Part shown: positions 11,979 to 23,451 of the stretch, piece by piece
How the letters are laid out: each line of letters starts with the position of its first letter
How positions within the stretch are numbered: the first letter of the stretch is position 1
Assembly (NCBI GenBank): GCA_047495785.1
Contig: JBLDXI010000001.1
Coordinates: forward strand, 1,612,001 to 1,676,000
Source: Lepidodermella squamata
Taxonomy: Eukaryota; Animalia; Gastrotricha
Reading direction: 5' to 3'
Length of the DNA: 64,000 nucleotides
The notes under the pieces: generated by a model
Told to the model about the DNA's origin: nothing
The model's database searches: none
The model's input: the letters and a program-made list of their open reading frames with translations, nothing else
Program-made: the position numbers and the translations under genes

Positions 11979-12035
11979 CAACATTTTCTATTATTCTACC
12001 GAATGATTTTCTACAAATCAATTTACAATAAAACT

Positions 12036-13191
12036 ATGCGGACGTTGCTTGTCTTGGCTGTTATTGCAGCGCTGTTATTCAGAGGACAAGTGATGTCCGT
12101 ACGATGCCTTGCCTGCGCACCCGCCGCTGTGGACCATTTGGGTAGGTGCCGCGAACACGAAACCACCACTGTCACATGCCCATCTTCGGCCGACCAATGT
12201 GGGGTAAGAAAGCTGTAAAATGCTTGAAAATTACTACAACCGGAACTCTATTTACAGCTATCACACGATGTGGAAGATTTGTTCAAAAAAGCCTATCAAG
12301 AAGCCTCTGGGAATTGTGCTGAAATCCTCCGCAAGGCGAGCAAGCAAATTCGCTCCATGTTTCCTTCCGATCTGAAGTCGTTCAAATGTGCCAACGCTCA
12401 GCTTTGTAATGGCGGAACGAATTCCGCATCTATACTGTCGACAGTGCTCGGAGGTCATTGTCCTAATGATGTCATCCGAATTTTAGAACCACTCGAAAAG
12501 GGCGTAAGTTTACTTGCTGATTTAATGACGTGCGCGCCAAGAAAAGGTAATAAAACAGGCCAATAATAAAAACTTTCCCATCTGCTGTCAGTTTCATCAT
12601 ATTATAAATCGTCAAATGTTAACTTTTCTTGGCGTGCATGCAATTTTGTCGACCGGGTGGGTTTGATTTGAAAAGCTTTGAAAAAATATTTCTTCTGCCA
12701 AGTTTATTTATACCATATTGTACAGCAGTGAGTCTTTTTTCATGTTGATTTCCGTTTTCATCTTTTGAAGGGCTTGAAGTGTCGCGGAAGTGATTTCTGT
12801 AATGCTCCCAACAATGCTGTTATTGAAGGATCCTCTTTCGGCGGCGTTACCTATCCAAGCCCCCAGCGCGAAGTGGGCCTCGTGCATGATCGGCAAGTAG
12901 TGTTTAAAGTTTGGTTTTAGCTTAGATACGCAAGTGGGAAATACGCAAGTGGGGGTAATTCGACAGGGACAGGATGAAGGATGGCGAGATTACTTGCCAA
13001 AAAGAGAAGAAATCGAACAATTTCTGAAATACCGCGTTCTCAAATACATCACTCCCGAAATTCGCACCCAGCTTTATATATTTATGCTTGCTCGACTTGT
13101 GATTTTTGGTGTCTTAATGCTGCTATTAGGCTTATGGATGACGAAGAGGATTCAGTGCCTCGAGATTGTGCGTCGTGGATTGTCATTTTAA
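12036..13191 (+). CDS. Ly6/uPAR-like gene A, TM-type; exons 12036-12203, 12258-12503, 12771-?; 3' splicing uncertain, possibly degenerating
   Basis: Near-identical to genes B and C in exons 1-2. CC is changed to CR (CRGSDFCN), and an in-frame stop at 12918-12920 precedes the TM-coding segment unless it is spliced out. Confidence 0.65.
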
Positions 13192-13360
13192 AGTCAGTTA
13201 TGATCGAAGCCAAATAAAAAGTGCTCTTCAAAGCTGGTTAATAACTGTCACGGGAAAAACCCGTCTGCTTTTGTGTTCAGTTAAGAAGAATTTTGTGAAA
13301 AAGGGTAGCTCAATAAAAATTAGTTTAATGATTCTCCAGTTAACTGAACCTTTCTTGTCA

Positions 13361-13556
13361 GCTGAAAATTAAATAAGCTGCCTGACAAAAATGTGCGAAA
13401 GCATGCACGTTGAAGGCCTCAAGCTGAGAAATTGCTGGATCTAATGCAATTTTGGACGAAAGGACGAAGGAATCGGAGGAAGACAAATATTAGAGGCTGC
13501 CCGGAACGATTCAGCTAGGAAAGCTAGCTGTTTCATCTCAACAATTTAATTCAGTC
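13361..13556 (+). pseudogene. Decayed copy of exon 3 of LU gene Y
   Basis: Aligns with 11254-11480 (e.g. gaggctgccc.g.a..attcagct.ggaa.gc...ctg.ttcatctca.caattt) and contains stops and indels. Confidence 0.65.
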
Positions 13557-14190
13557 GTGAATAAATAAAATTTGGTGAAATGTTTTGTGAATTTTGTGAT
13601 TGATATTTCGCATAAATTCGTGGCTTTGTGAAGCTCCTCTGAAGGTTCCAGTTGCTTCCAGTTACAACTTGCTACACTGGAATTCGTTTTTGCATAAGAC
13701 AGTCATTTCTTAATTATTAAAATTATTTTTAAACTATTTTACACCTGGAGCGGATTTTACCTACTAACCGGTCTTCGTTCTTTCTCTCAAAACCGTAGTT
13801 CAAAGCACACCCGCTTCTGTCATGTGACGCTTTCTGCCTGAAAATATTTCGTTCGAATTATCATTTCTTAAATGCTTCATGCAGGCTTTGAGGTTGAATT
13901 TCCGAATATTCGTGTTTTGTGTCTATGGCAAAAAATGGAGGCAATACATCGTCCGCCAAAATCTATACGTCACATTTCTTCGTTTTTCAAGGCTCAAAGA
14001 TTCAAGTAATAATCACTGCGCGAAAAATAAGGGGTCTCTTTTCCATTCATCTATGAATGAGAAGCACGCGATTCGTTCCACGTGATTTGCAAAACTCTCG
14101 CGCTCTCACAGTTTTTGCAATCACAATTCGCGATTAATATCAGTTTTTTATTCCGCCGAAAGAGTTTCGAATTCGATGTACAATAAAAAC

Positions 14191-15310
14191 ATGTGGACGT
14201 TGCTTGTCTTGGCTGTTGCTGCCACGCTGTTATTCAGCGGCCAAGTGATGTCCTTACAATGCCTTGCCTGCAAACCCGCCGCTGTGGATTCTCTGGGTAG
14301 GTGTCGCAAAAACGAAACCACCACTGTCACATGCCCATCTTCGGCTGACCGATGTGGGGTAAGAAAGCTGTAAAATGCTTGAAAATTACTACAACCGGAA
14401 CTCTATTTACAGCTATCACACGATGTGGAAGATTTGTTCAACGATGCCTATCAAAAAGCCTCTAGGAATTGTGCTGGAATCCTCCAAAAGGCGAGCAAGC
14501 AAATTCGTTCCATGTTTCCTTCCGATCTGAAGTCGTTTAAATGTGCCAACGCTCAGCTATGTAACGGCGGAATCAATTCCGCATCTCTACTGTCGACAGT
14601 GCTCGGAGGTCATTGTCCTAATGACGTCATCCGAATTTTAGAACCACTCGAAAAAGGCGTAAGTTTACTCACTTATTTGATGACGCCAAGAAAAGGTAAT
14701 AAAACAGGCCAATAATAAAAACTTGCCCAGCTGCTGTCAATTTCATCAGATGAATCCTCAAATTGTACAATTTCTTGGCGTGCATTCAAATTAGTCGAAC
14801 TGATTGGTTTCGACGAGGATTGAACAAGCAATTTTTAGTTTAAAATTCTACAGCTATGAAAAACATTTCTTCGGGTAACTTACTCAATACCATCTATATG
14901 TGATTTTCAGAGTTGAATTAAACGTCTATTTTCTTGTTTTGCAGGACTTGAGATGCTGCGGATGGGATTTATGTAATACTCCAATTACTTTATTCAGTTA
15001 TCCGTCTTCGGCAAAGACTGGCGAAGGATTCGGCGAAGGATCCGTCTTCGGCGGAAGCTTGATAACACCCCAGAGCGCAACAGCACTGGTCCTCGGGCAA
15101 CATGATGAAGAAAGCGAAGGAGATCACGTCCAACTTCTCCCATCGAGAAACCGAAAATTACAATTCGAGCAATTAGAAATTCTACTAATTGCTCGAATTG
15201 TGATTTTCGGTGTCTTAATGCTGATATTTGGCTTATGGATGACGAAGAGGATTCCGTGCCTGGAGTTTGTGCGTCGTCGGTTCCCGTTTTTGAGCCAGTT
15301 AACCTGTTAA
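14191..15310 (+). CDS. Ly6/uPAR-like gene B, type I TM; exons 14191-14358, 14413-14658, 14945-15310
   Basis: Signal peptide, LQCLAC...LRCCGWDLCN, stalk, TM helix and a basic cytoplasmic tail. Confidence 0.85.
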
Positions 15311-15483
15311 AGGCCATCATTACTGCTTGACGCTAACTATGACTTGCTCATCAAAACCGGTTAATAAATGTCAGAGTGAATTCCAGTCTGGTTTTGTGTT
15401 CAATGTTGAAAAATTTTGTGAAGAGTCGCGCAATAAAAATTAGTTTATTGTTGTTCTCAATTAAATGAAATTTGTTTCGCCAG

Positions 15484-15565
15484 CTGGGAAATTACGAAAT
15501 GCTGCTCGACAAACATGTGCAACAGTAGGTTTGAGGCTTCAAGGCGGAAAATTGCTGGACCCAGT
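15484..15565 (+). pseudogene. Second decayed copy of the 5' part of exon 3 of LU gene Y
   Basis: cag|ctg..gaaatgctgctcgacaaacatgtgcaacag matches 11254-11294 (KCCSTNMCNS). Confidence 0.65.
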
Positions 15566-16477
15566 GAAGTAACAAATAATTACGAAGTAGTGAGCAAGAT
15601 GCATAGCGCTGATTAATTTTCATTGCAAAAATCAAGGCCCTATGAATTTATTACTTAACCGGTAAAAAATTTGTGAAAAAAGTTTGGGAATTTTTGGGAA
15701 TTTTGTGATTTATTTCACATGAATTCCTGTATTTCTGAATTTTCGTGAACCTCCTCTGAAGGTTCAAGTTGCTGTTTACAGCTAGACCCTGAGAAGCTAG
15801 GATTCATCATATCGAGCTGCAGCATTCAATGAGAGGCCTTGGCAGGAAGTTGCAGCAGATATCAGATGAGGTTAGATTCCGTTTATCACAACATTTTGTT
15901 AACGATTGATTGGCCTCCTGCGCCTGCGCCCTTTTTTCGATTAAGCTGAAATGGGACCTTTTCGCAATTTTTGAATGCATTTCATATCTATGTTGAAGAT
16001 GATCAACGATCAGAGATCAGAAATATTTTGAAATTCAAGCTTCGTTTCCAGTCAATTCTTTGCTTGCTGCCAAATCAACGCAACTGATGAGGCTATAGTT
16101 CGCTCAATTTCTCTCTAATCGTAGCTCATAAAACACACCCCCTCGTTCATGTGACGTTTTTATCTGGTTCGATTTATCATTGCTTTGATGCAGAGGTCGG
16201 GCTGAATTTCCGAATATTCGTGTTTGTGTCTACGACGAAAGATCGGGGCAGTCCTGCGTCCGTCAAAACCTACGTCGCTTGCCTTCGTTATTAAAAATAC
16301 GTAATAATCCCTTTGCGAAAACGTGTTCTCTCATTCATCCATGAATGAGAAGCACGCGATTCGATCCACGCGATCTTCAAAAATTACGCGTTCTCGCAGA
16401 TTTTGCAATAATTCGCGATCAACAACAGTCTTTTATTTTGGCGGAAGAGTTTCTATAATTCAAGTTACAATAAAACG

Positions 16478-17744
16478 ATGCGGACGCTGCTTGTGTTGAC
16501 TATTGTTGCCGTGCTGTCATACAGCGGCCAAGTCATGTCATTGCAGTGTTCTGTCTGCAAACCCGCCGCTGAGGATTCTCTGGGTAGGTGCCGCGAACCC
16601 GAAACCACCACTGTCACATGCCCATCTTCCAATGACCAGTGTGGGGTAAGAAAGCTGTAAAATGTTGGAAAATTACAACCGGAACTCTATTTACAGGTAT
16701 CACACGATGTGGATGATTTGTTCAAAAAGGCCTACCAAGAAGCCTCTGGGAATTGTGCTGAAATCCTCCGCATTCTGAGAGAGCAAATCCGTCCCGTGTT
16801 TCCTCCCGATCTGAAGTCATTAAAATGCGCCAACACTCAGCTATGTAATGGCGGAACGAATTCCGAATCTCTACTGTCGAAAGCGCTCGGAGGTCATTGT
16901 CCTAATGATGTCATCCGAATTTTAGAACCACTCGAAAAGGGCGTAAGTTTACTTGCTGATTTAATGACTTGCGCGCCAAGAAAAGGTAATAAAGTAGGCA
17001 AAAAAAATAAAATATTTCCCAGTCGTCGTCGCTCGCATCATTGAAATCCTCAAATTTTTACTTTTCTTGGCGAGCATGCGCAATTTTATCGACCTGTCGA
17101 TGGCATCTAATTAAACGAGGAATTTAATAAAAAATTTAAAGCTGTGCAAAATGATTTCTTCGGCCTAATTACTTTATCCATTAAATACAACACCAGAAAA
17201 GAATGGGTGACAAAAAATCGGACTTTTAGCTTGTGAAATCCTCTCAATCAGGGCCCTGTGAGTATCCTAATTCACGGATTTTCAAAATGTATCTGAATTC
17301 ATGCCCAAAATCACCCTAAAATTCATCTACAAAAATGCAGGTATTTCTACTGAAAGCATGAATTCAGATACCGAAACTAAATTCATGCTTTCGGTAGATA
17401 AATTAGGGTGTCTATTTTCTGGTGAACAGTTTTTGCTTTTCAGAGTTAATTAAACCGCCCATTTTCCTATTTTGCAGGGCTTGAGGTGTTGCGGAAAAGA
17501 TTTCTGCAATGCTCCTACGGGCAATATACCCCAAGTTTCCCTAGCAGAAATAGCTCGAACAGAACAACCGCCAAGAAACGACTCTATCGAACGACGAAGA
17601 GGTGTCTTCGACGAATATTTCTCTCCCGAAATTCGCGCCCAACTTTTCCCATTTTTATTTGCTGGACTTGCGATTTTCGGTGTCTTGATGGTGACATGTT
17701 GTTTATGGAAGACGGAGAGTATTCCGTGCCTGCGTCGTCGGTAG
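16478..17744 (+). CDS. Ly6/uPAR-like gene C, type I TM; exons 16478-16645, 16697-16942, 17478-17744
   Basis: Paralog of A and B. LRCCGKDFCN, then a TM helix and a tail ending CLRRR. Confidence 0.85.
17191..17424. mobile_element. Non-autonomous CACTA-like MITE in intron 2 of LU gene C
   Basis: TIR CACCAGAAAA...TTTTCTGGTG with AA on both sides (2-bp TSD). Absent from the equivalent intron of paralogs A and B. Internal hairpin at 17346-17398. Confidence 0.75.
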
Positions 17745-17979
17745 CGCAAGTTAAATGCCATTTTTGCTCGAAGCTGAATGAAAATTGCTCACTTGGAAAC
17801 TAGCTAATAATAATTTTCAGTGTCAAATCTATTGCGTTCAGTGTGTTGAAGAATTGTGTGAGAGGTTGCGCAATAAAATTCAGATTATTTAGGTGACGTA
17901 ACAAAAAATGTGTGTTCTTGCAGTTTGATGCGAAAACTCTCATTCGAATTCAATTTGCAATTTTAATCTAAAATTTAAA

Positions 17980-18752
17980 ATGCTTTTTTCAATCTGCACA
18001 GTCTTTCTGTTGTCGGGAATGGCCAGCGGAGTTTCGGCTCTGAACTGCCTCGCCTGCAAAGCCGGAGCGCTTAACGATGTTTCCTATTGCAAGCAAATCG
18101 AAACGTTTCAAGTCACCTGTCCTGATCACCTGCATCATTGTGGGGTTGGCTGGAATTTTTCTGTAATTTTTAAAAATTTAAAAATTTATTTTAACAGGTA
18201 TCAGAGAGCCCGAGCAGAGTCGATATTAGGCGGAGTTTCACCTTGGCCGCCGAATCAGCCTCTAAATCGCCAGCTCAAACCTGCGCCAATGCTTTGACTT
18301 CAGTCCGCGATCACATGGACGCCTTCATTCCGGCCAACGTTCACTGGTTCGGCTGTGCGTCGGCTCAAATTTGCGAGGGAAAATCCGGAGCAAAGGTGCC
18401 TATTTCGAGTTTAATCGCCCCGATTTGCCCGGCTCGTGAGTTTCCTGAGGTTCTGAAAATCTTACACGAACTCCAATCAAAGGTTCGTTATGATTGAATC
18501 TAATTATATTTTTAATCTGATTTTTTAATTCGATAGGCTTCGATCAAGTGTTGCTCTTCTGGCTTGTGTAATTCTGTGGCCGGTAATCCAAGCGAAGAAG
18601 TTGGTCCGATAATTATTGTTGATACGAACGAAAATCCAAATTTTGATGATGATAAACCAACCAAAAATTGTTCTCTGAGGATCGCGCCTTATTTCTTTAC
18701 TTCAATGTTGTCCTTCGTGCTCGTCGGTATGGTATCACTGTTTTTTCAATAA
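17980..18752 (+). CDS. Ly6/uPAR-like gene D, GPI-type; exons 17980-18144, 18198-18482, 18537-18752
   Basis: Signal peptide, LNCLAC...IKCCSSGLCN and a hydrophobic C-terminus. Confidence 0.85.
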
Positions 18753-18923
18753 ATAATAAATGGGTGACTTATAATTACAATCCTTCGCCTTTTTCGCATG
18801 GGTGGATTCAATGCGAGTTGAATGAGTGGGATGTACTCCGTATTTCACGCAATATTTCGTTGAAAAATGGCAATTATTTTATTCATTCTAAAAGCAATAA
18901 TTATCGTAAATTTCTTGTTATAC

Positions 18924-19169
18924 ATGGCAGCTTTCGGTCGTTTTCTTCAACTGCTGGTAATTTCAGCAATAGTCCACTTTCAAGTTTCAGACTCTATGCC
19001 GATGATTTTATCCGAGTCGGAAATCGATAGAAATTTGGCGAGAATCACGTCAAACAACGAAGCAGCCTACTTGAATTCGCTCGGTACGGACGGGGAGGTC
19101 GAGAAAGGATGGTGGGAACTGCGGCAAGACCTAGCTGAATCTCAGCTGATTGCTGATTTGATTGCATAA
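18924..19169 (+). CDS. Small putative secreted acidic peptide (81 aa)
   Basis: Signal-like N-terminus MAAFGRFLQLLVISAIVHFQVSDS, coding-like composition, AATAAA at ~19228. Confidence 0.45.
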   Translation: MAAFGRFLQLLVISAIVHFQVSDSMPMILSESEIDRNLARITSNNEAAYLNSLGTDGEVEKGWWELRQDLAESQLIADLIA

Positions 19170-19615
19170 CTAATATATGAGCCTCTGGAATATGTCCCTT
19201 ATCCCTTATATGCTTTTGCATCACAAATAATAAAATTGGAAGTTGGAAATGTCACTTTCGGATTTTTCGGAATTTTTCACGCATGGATGAATTCGCGTGA
19301 TATTCGCAGACACTTAATTTTTGTTTCATTTTTTTGGGGATAATGCCAAAATGCCACCTTGCGCAGTGTCTTGGGCTATGAATTAATGTTGGTGTGCCAA
19401 CAATTTCGCTTGAGTGAGTCTTCTTCATCTTTCCCACGAGGTCGATTACATAATTAGCGCCCTCAGGTGCGCTTTGAGGTCGCACAGCAAAAATTGACCA
19501 TTAAGTAGGACTGGGTTATAAATTCGTCCGTTAGCTCTGCGCAACGTGATCTTACCTTTTTTCATAATTTTTTGTTATCAAATTTCCAACTTTGGCCGCA
19601 TTTTGCAACGAAAGA

Positions 19616-19983
19616 ATGAGAGCAGTTGTGGTTACCTTGCTCATCGCTGCCTGTTTCGTGGCGGCATTTGCGAACCCCAGGAGCGCTGGAGCGAGGTATG
19701 GCGATGAAGGAGCTGGTCTTCAGGCGAGACAAGGTTAGCATTTAGCATCGTATTTTATTCGAAAATCTCTGATTCTGCATCTCTAATTTTTCCAGCATTT
19801 GTCGGTACCTGGAATCAGGATTTGTTGGCAGCTCAATTGCGCGGCCAAGAGCAGCGTCAACGTGCCAAGAACAAGCGTGGCAACGTGGAACGCGATGATT
19901 TTGCGGGCGAATGGCGTTTCGACGACACTTTCCGCTACGACAAAACGCATGCCCATGAAGCTGGTGTAGATAATCAGTGGTGA
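19616..19983 (+). CDS. Small secreted prepropeptide (101 aa), missed by the ORF track; exons 19616-19733, 19796-19983
   Basis: Signal peptide MRAVVVTLLIAACFVAAFA, phase-1 GT-AG intron, dibasic site RAKNKR, TATAAA at ~19518 and AATAAA at ~20091. Confidence 0.7.
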
Positions 19984-20404
19984 CCTGTAATACCACAAAT
20001 GCCGCCATCACCTGTTCAAAAAGAAACAATTCGAAAATTAATATGACATGATTCATTGTAGACATGATTCTAAATAACGAAATTTCAAGGAATAAAAAAT
20101 TTAATTAGCAAAATCCGAAATTTTTCACGAATTCAGGAAGGGAAAATGTGGCCTCGCCTTATTTTAGGATTTTCCGATTATTTTTTTATCCCTTTCGGTT
20201 TCATTCATTGAACGCGAAATTCAGCTGAACCGAACGTGAAAGTAAAAAATAAGCGGCATGAATAAAAAAGGTGCAAAATCCTCCGCGCCCTCGGATAGTC
20301 CTTAATTTGCCCGCATTATCTTGTGCATAAGTAATCTTCTGTCCTAATAATGTGGGAACGCGAAAATTTTTTCCTAGATATTCTTATATTAGCAATTAGC
20401 AACA

Positions 20405-22429
20405 ATGCTTCAGAACTTAGCCCGATATGCTACGGTTTATTTTCTGCTACTGTCTCCATGTTTGTCGAAGATTTCCCGAAGATCTTCTGGCGATTATTTA
20501 AATAAATTCGATGAAGAAATTGTTGGTCGAGACGGCTCTATTCGCGCCTCGAAACGGTGGGACTTGTTAACTTTCTTCCGGCAAAAGCTCGATGAAAAGC
20601 GAACGCGAGATGACAACACTTTGGACAAATGCCGGCATGACCTTAATGAAATCTTCCCAGAATCAAGCCAAAACGACTGTCTAGAACCAGACCCAGTGAA
20701 AACGTACAAAAACCCTGTAACGGGTGAACAAATTTGGCGGGCAATTCAGTATCATAAAGGATTACGCATTTGGGGCGGTAAAAGTAAGTATAATATTTTC
20801 TATTTTTGAAAAAAAATTCAATTATTTTTCCTGTATTTAAGCCACGGCTACATTTAGCGTTGACCCTTTTGGCAATAAAAAGAAATTAACCAGCGCTCGA
20901 TCAAATTTGGATGTTAAATCATCTTCAGCCCAAGGGTTCGATACTGATCCTATTTCAAGTCAAAAAGCATGCGCAGACTTTTGGGGCTATACCAGCGATT
21001 CGATAATCCGGCATACCCTGGAACGAGTTTGGTTTGTTGCTTTTGAAACCGAAACTAACCCTTTAGAATACCATGATTTGATATTTATCGACGGATTCGA
21101 GTCAGCTATCCGCCATTCTTTCAGCGTAGCTTGCCTAGTCAAATTGCCTACGTTGGAAATCGTTGCATCTTGGCGAGTTTTTGATGGTCTATACGGCGAG
21201 GGTGGGAATGAAAAATCGGGGATGACGATATATGGCGTGAATTACCCGGATTTACCTGCTGTCGTGGTTGATGGAGATCGGTGCGAAATGACGTCATCGT
21301 TCGGAATTTTATCAGTCTACCACGCCCAATCGACCCAAAATCGAGACTGGTCTACATTGTCCCCAATTCAATACAAATGTAACGAAGGATATCCGGTAAA
21401 AAAATCATTAATTTTGGAATATTGGAAAGCCGAAAAATCCATTTTAGGACTCGGTTAACGGAGCTTACGGTGTAGCGAGCGATTGTTTTTACAATGCTGA
21501 TCGAATTCTCGCCATGTTTTTCGATGAAAAGTGGTTCGGTTTCGATTCTCGGTTCAAAATAAACGAATGCGGCCGAATCAATGTGATCGCCCACTACGGC
21601 AATTCATTCGAAAATGCGTTCTGGAGTTCTAGCGATTGCGGTTTGTACATTGGGGATGGAAACACAGAGGTATAAAAGTGTGATTTATAATATCAAGCTC
21701 AAAAATTGATTATTTCCACCCAGTTTTACCCGCTATGTGGCTGCATTGATGTAATAGGTAGGGATTTTTTCACCAATTTTCGCCCATTTTATTTATTCAA
21801 TTTCAGGTCATGAAATGGGTCATTCCTTGACCTCTGTTCGGTCGAAATTGATTTCAAGTGGCGAATCTGGTTGTATAAATGAAGCTTTTTCTGACATGGT
21901 CGCTGAAGCTGCTGAATACTACGCCTACGGCTCCAACGATTGGCTGATTGCCCGTAACTGCGTGAAAAATGGCGAGTTCACGCGAAATTTAACCCAATTC
22001 GCGTCATATTTGGATTATCGACCAGAAATGGGTATAGGTTCATCACTTTTTTCTAGATTATATTGATGGATTTCTTTTACCCATAGCTCCCCATGAATGC
22101 AGTTCGATATTTAGCTACGGTTTCTATCGCTTGGCTACCTTACCCAGATGGGACGTGAATCATGCGATGCTGGTATTTTTCGTCGCGAATTCAGTCGCTT
22201 GGACTGAGGTGAAAATGTTTTTTTTTTAATTTTTCAATGTTTGTTTAATATTTTTTATTTACAGACAACTGACATGCGGAATGGCTGGTGTTTATCAATT
22301 TTAGCAGCTCATAAAATCTCGAATTTGAATCCTATCTCAGACGCTTGCGATGTGCAATACATCGGAACAATTATCGGAATTGACTGCTCGTCGCACGATT
22401 CCGTTGCCGATATTGTGAAAAATTGCTGA
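20405..22429 (+). CDS. Secreted peptidase M4 (thermolysin family; pseudolysin/vibriolysin-like) preproenzyme; exons 20405-20783, 20842-21395, 21448-21669, 21724-21757, 21807-22031, 22087-22208, 22265-22429
   Basis: Signal peptide and propeptide, then GEGGNEKSG..YG, VNGAY, HYGNSFENAFW, GDG..FYPL, GHEMGH, SGCINEAFSD, APHECS and FYRLA...WD. All six introns are in phase. Confidence 0.9.
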
Positions 22430-22749
22430 ATGAAAGAATAATATAATATTACCCATTGGTTCCAAAAAGTGTTTTTTTGCATAAAAAATCCCTCTCTTCC
22501 ATGAATACCTGTAATTGCTGAGTGCGAAGGAATAAAACTCATTAGTTTCCGCTTATCGCGAACACTTACTGAGGTTGCTCGCATTGATCAACACTAAATC
22601 TTCCATTTTCCGTGCGGAAAGGTCAGAACTAATTGAATTTGAATGACTTCCATACTACGCTCTTAGAATTATTAATGATTTTCAACTCAGTTTAACACAA
22701 ACCACGGCCGACAATATCAGGCAGTACTCTGTAATCTATGTAAAAAAAA

Positions 22750-23451
22750 ATGAATTTTTCCTTCATTTTCGTGCTTTTATTTTGGTATTATGACCAAGTT
22801 ACGAGCTTGCAGTGCTACTCCTGCGAATCAATCGGGGCGGCAAATTCGACAGAAACCTGCCAGCAACATGAAGCCATTCAAGTCACTTGTCAAACCTCTG
22901 ACAGCCTTTGCTCGGCTTCGAAAATACTCTCTGATGAGCTAGTGAGAAAAAAATTGGACGAAGCGATCGCGATTGCTACGGCTGTTGGAGCCACAATTGG
23001 AAACTCGACTTGCGAGAAGGTTTTATCAATTTCGAGGGATAAAATACGCGAATATTTCAGCCCAATCAACGCCAGTAGCTATTCATTTGGCTGCGCGTCT
23101 AAAGTCTTATGTGACAGCTTCCTATTATCGACAATCATCTCGCCAGTTTGCCCCGCCGAACACTACCCGGGAGTGGCGAGAATTATGCAGGATATCGAAA
23201 GCTCGGTACAGTTAGACTCAAAAGGTAACGCTACGATTGTTTCATTACTTTTTACTATTATACAGGCCGAGTTGATTTGCTGTTCGACTGATTTTTGCAA
23301 CAAGTACGGAATCCCGACGCAAATACCGTTTTACTTACTGATAATGCTCCTTTCGTTCCTAATTTTTGTCTATCTAAAAATCGCAGCCTCGAAAGTATGC
23401 CTTCAGAGAACAATTTTGAGAACTGATTCGATACTTCGACAAAGCATTTAA
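22750..23451 (+). CDS. Ly6/uPAR-like gene E, TM-type; probable in-frame intron 23206-23265
   Basis: Signal peptide, LQCYSC...LICCSTDFCN, TM helix and tail. It lacks the first intron found in its paralogs. Confidence 0.85.
   Translation: MNFSFIFVLLFWYYDQVTSLQCYSCESIGAANSTETCQQHEAIQVTCQTSDSLCSASKILSDELVRKKLDEAIAIATAVGATIGNSTCEKVLSISRDKIREYFSPINASSYSFGCASKVLCDSFLLSTIISPVCPAEHYPGVARIMQDIESSVQLDSKGNATIVSLLFTIIQAELICCSTDFCNKYGIPTQIPFYLLIMLLSFLIFVYLKIAASKVCLQRTILRTDSILRQSI

Noticed and set aside
19742-20065. Minus-strand ORFs of 107 and 71 aa
   Set aside because: Antisense shadows of the plus-strand prepropeptide exon 2.
20405-22429. Bacterial contamination as the source of the M4 protease
   Set aside because: It has six in-phase GT-AG introns of host-typical size and is flanked by host genes.
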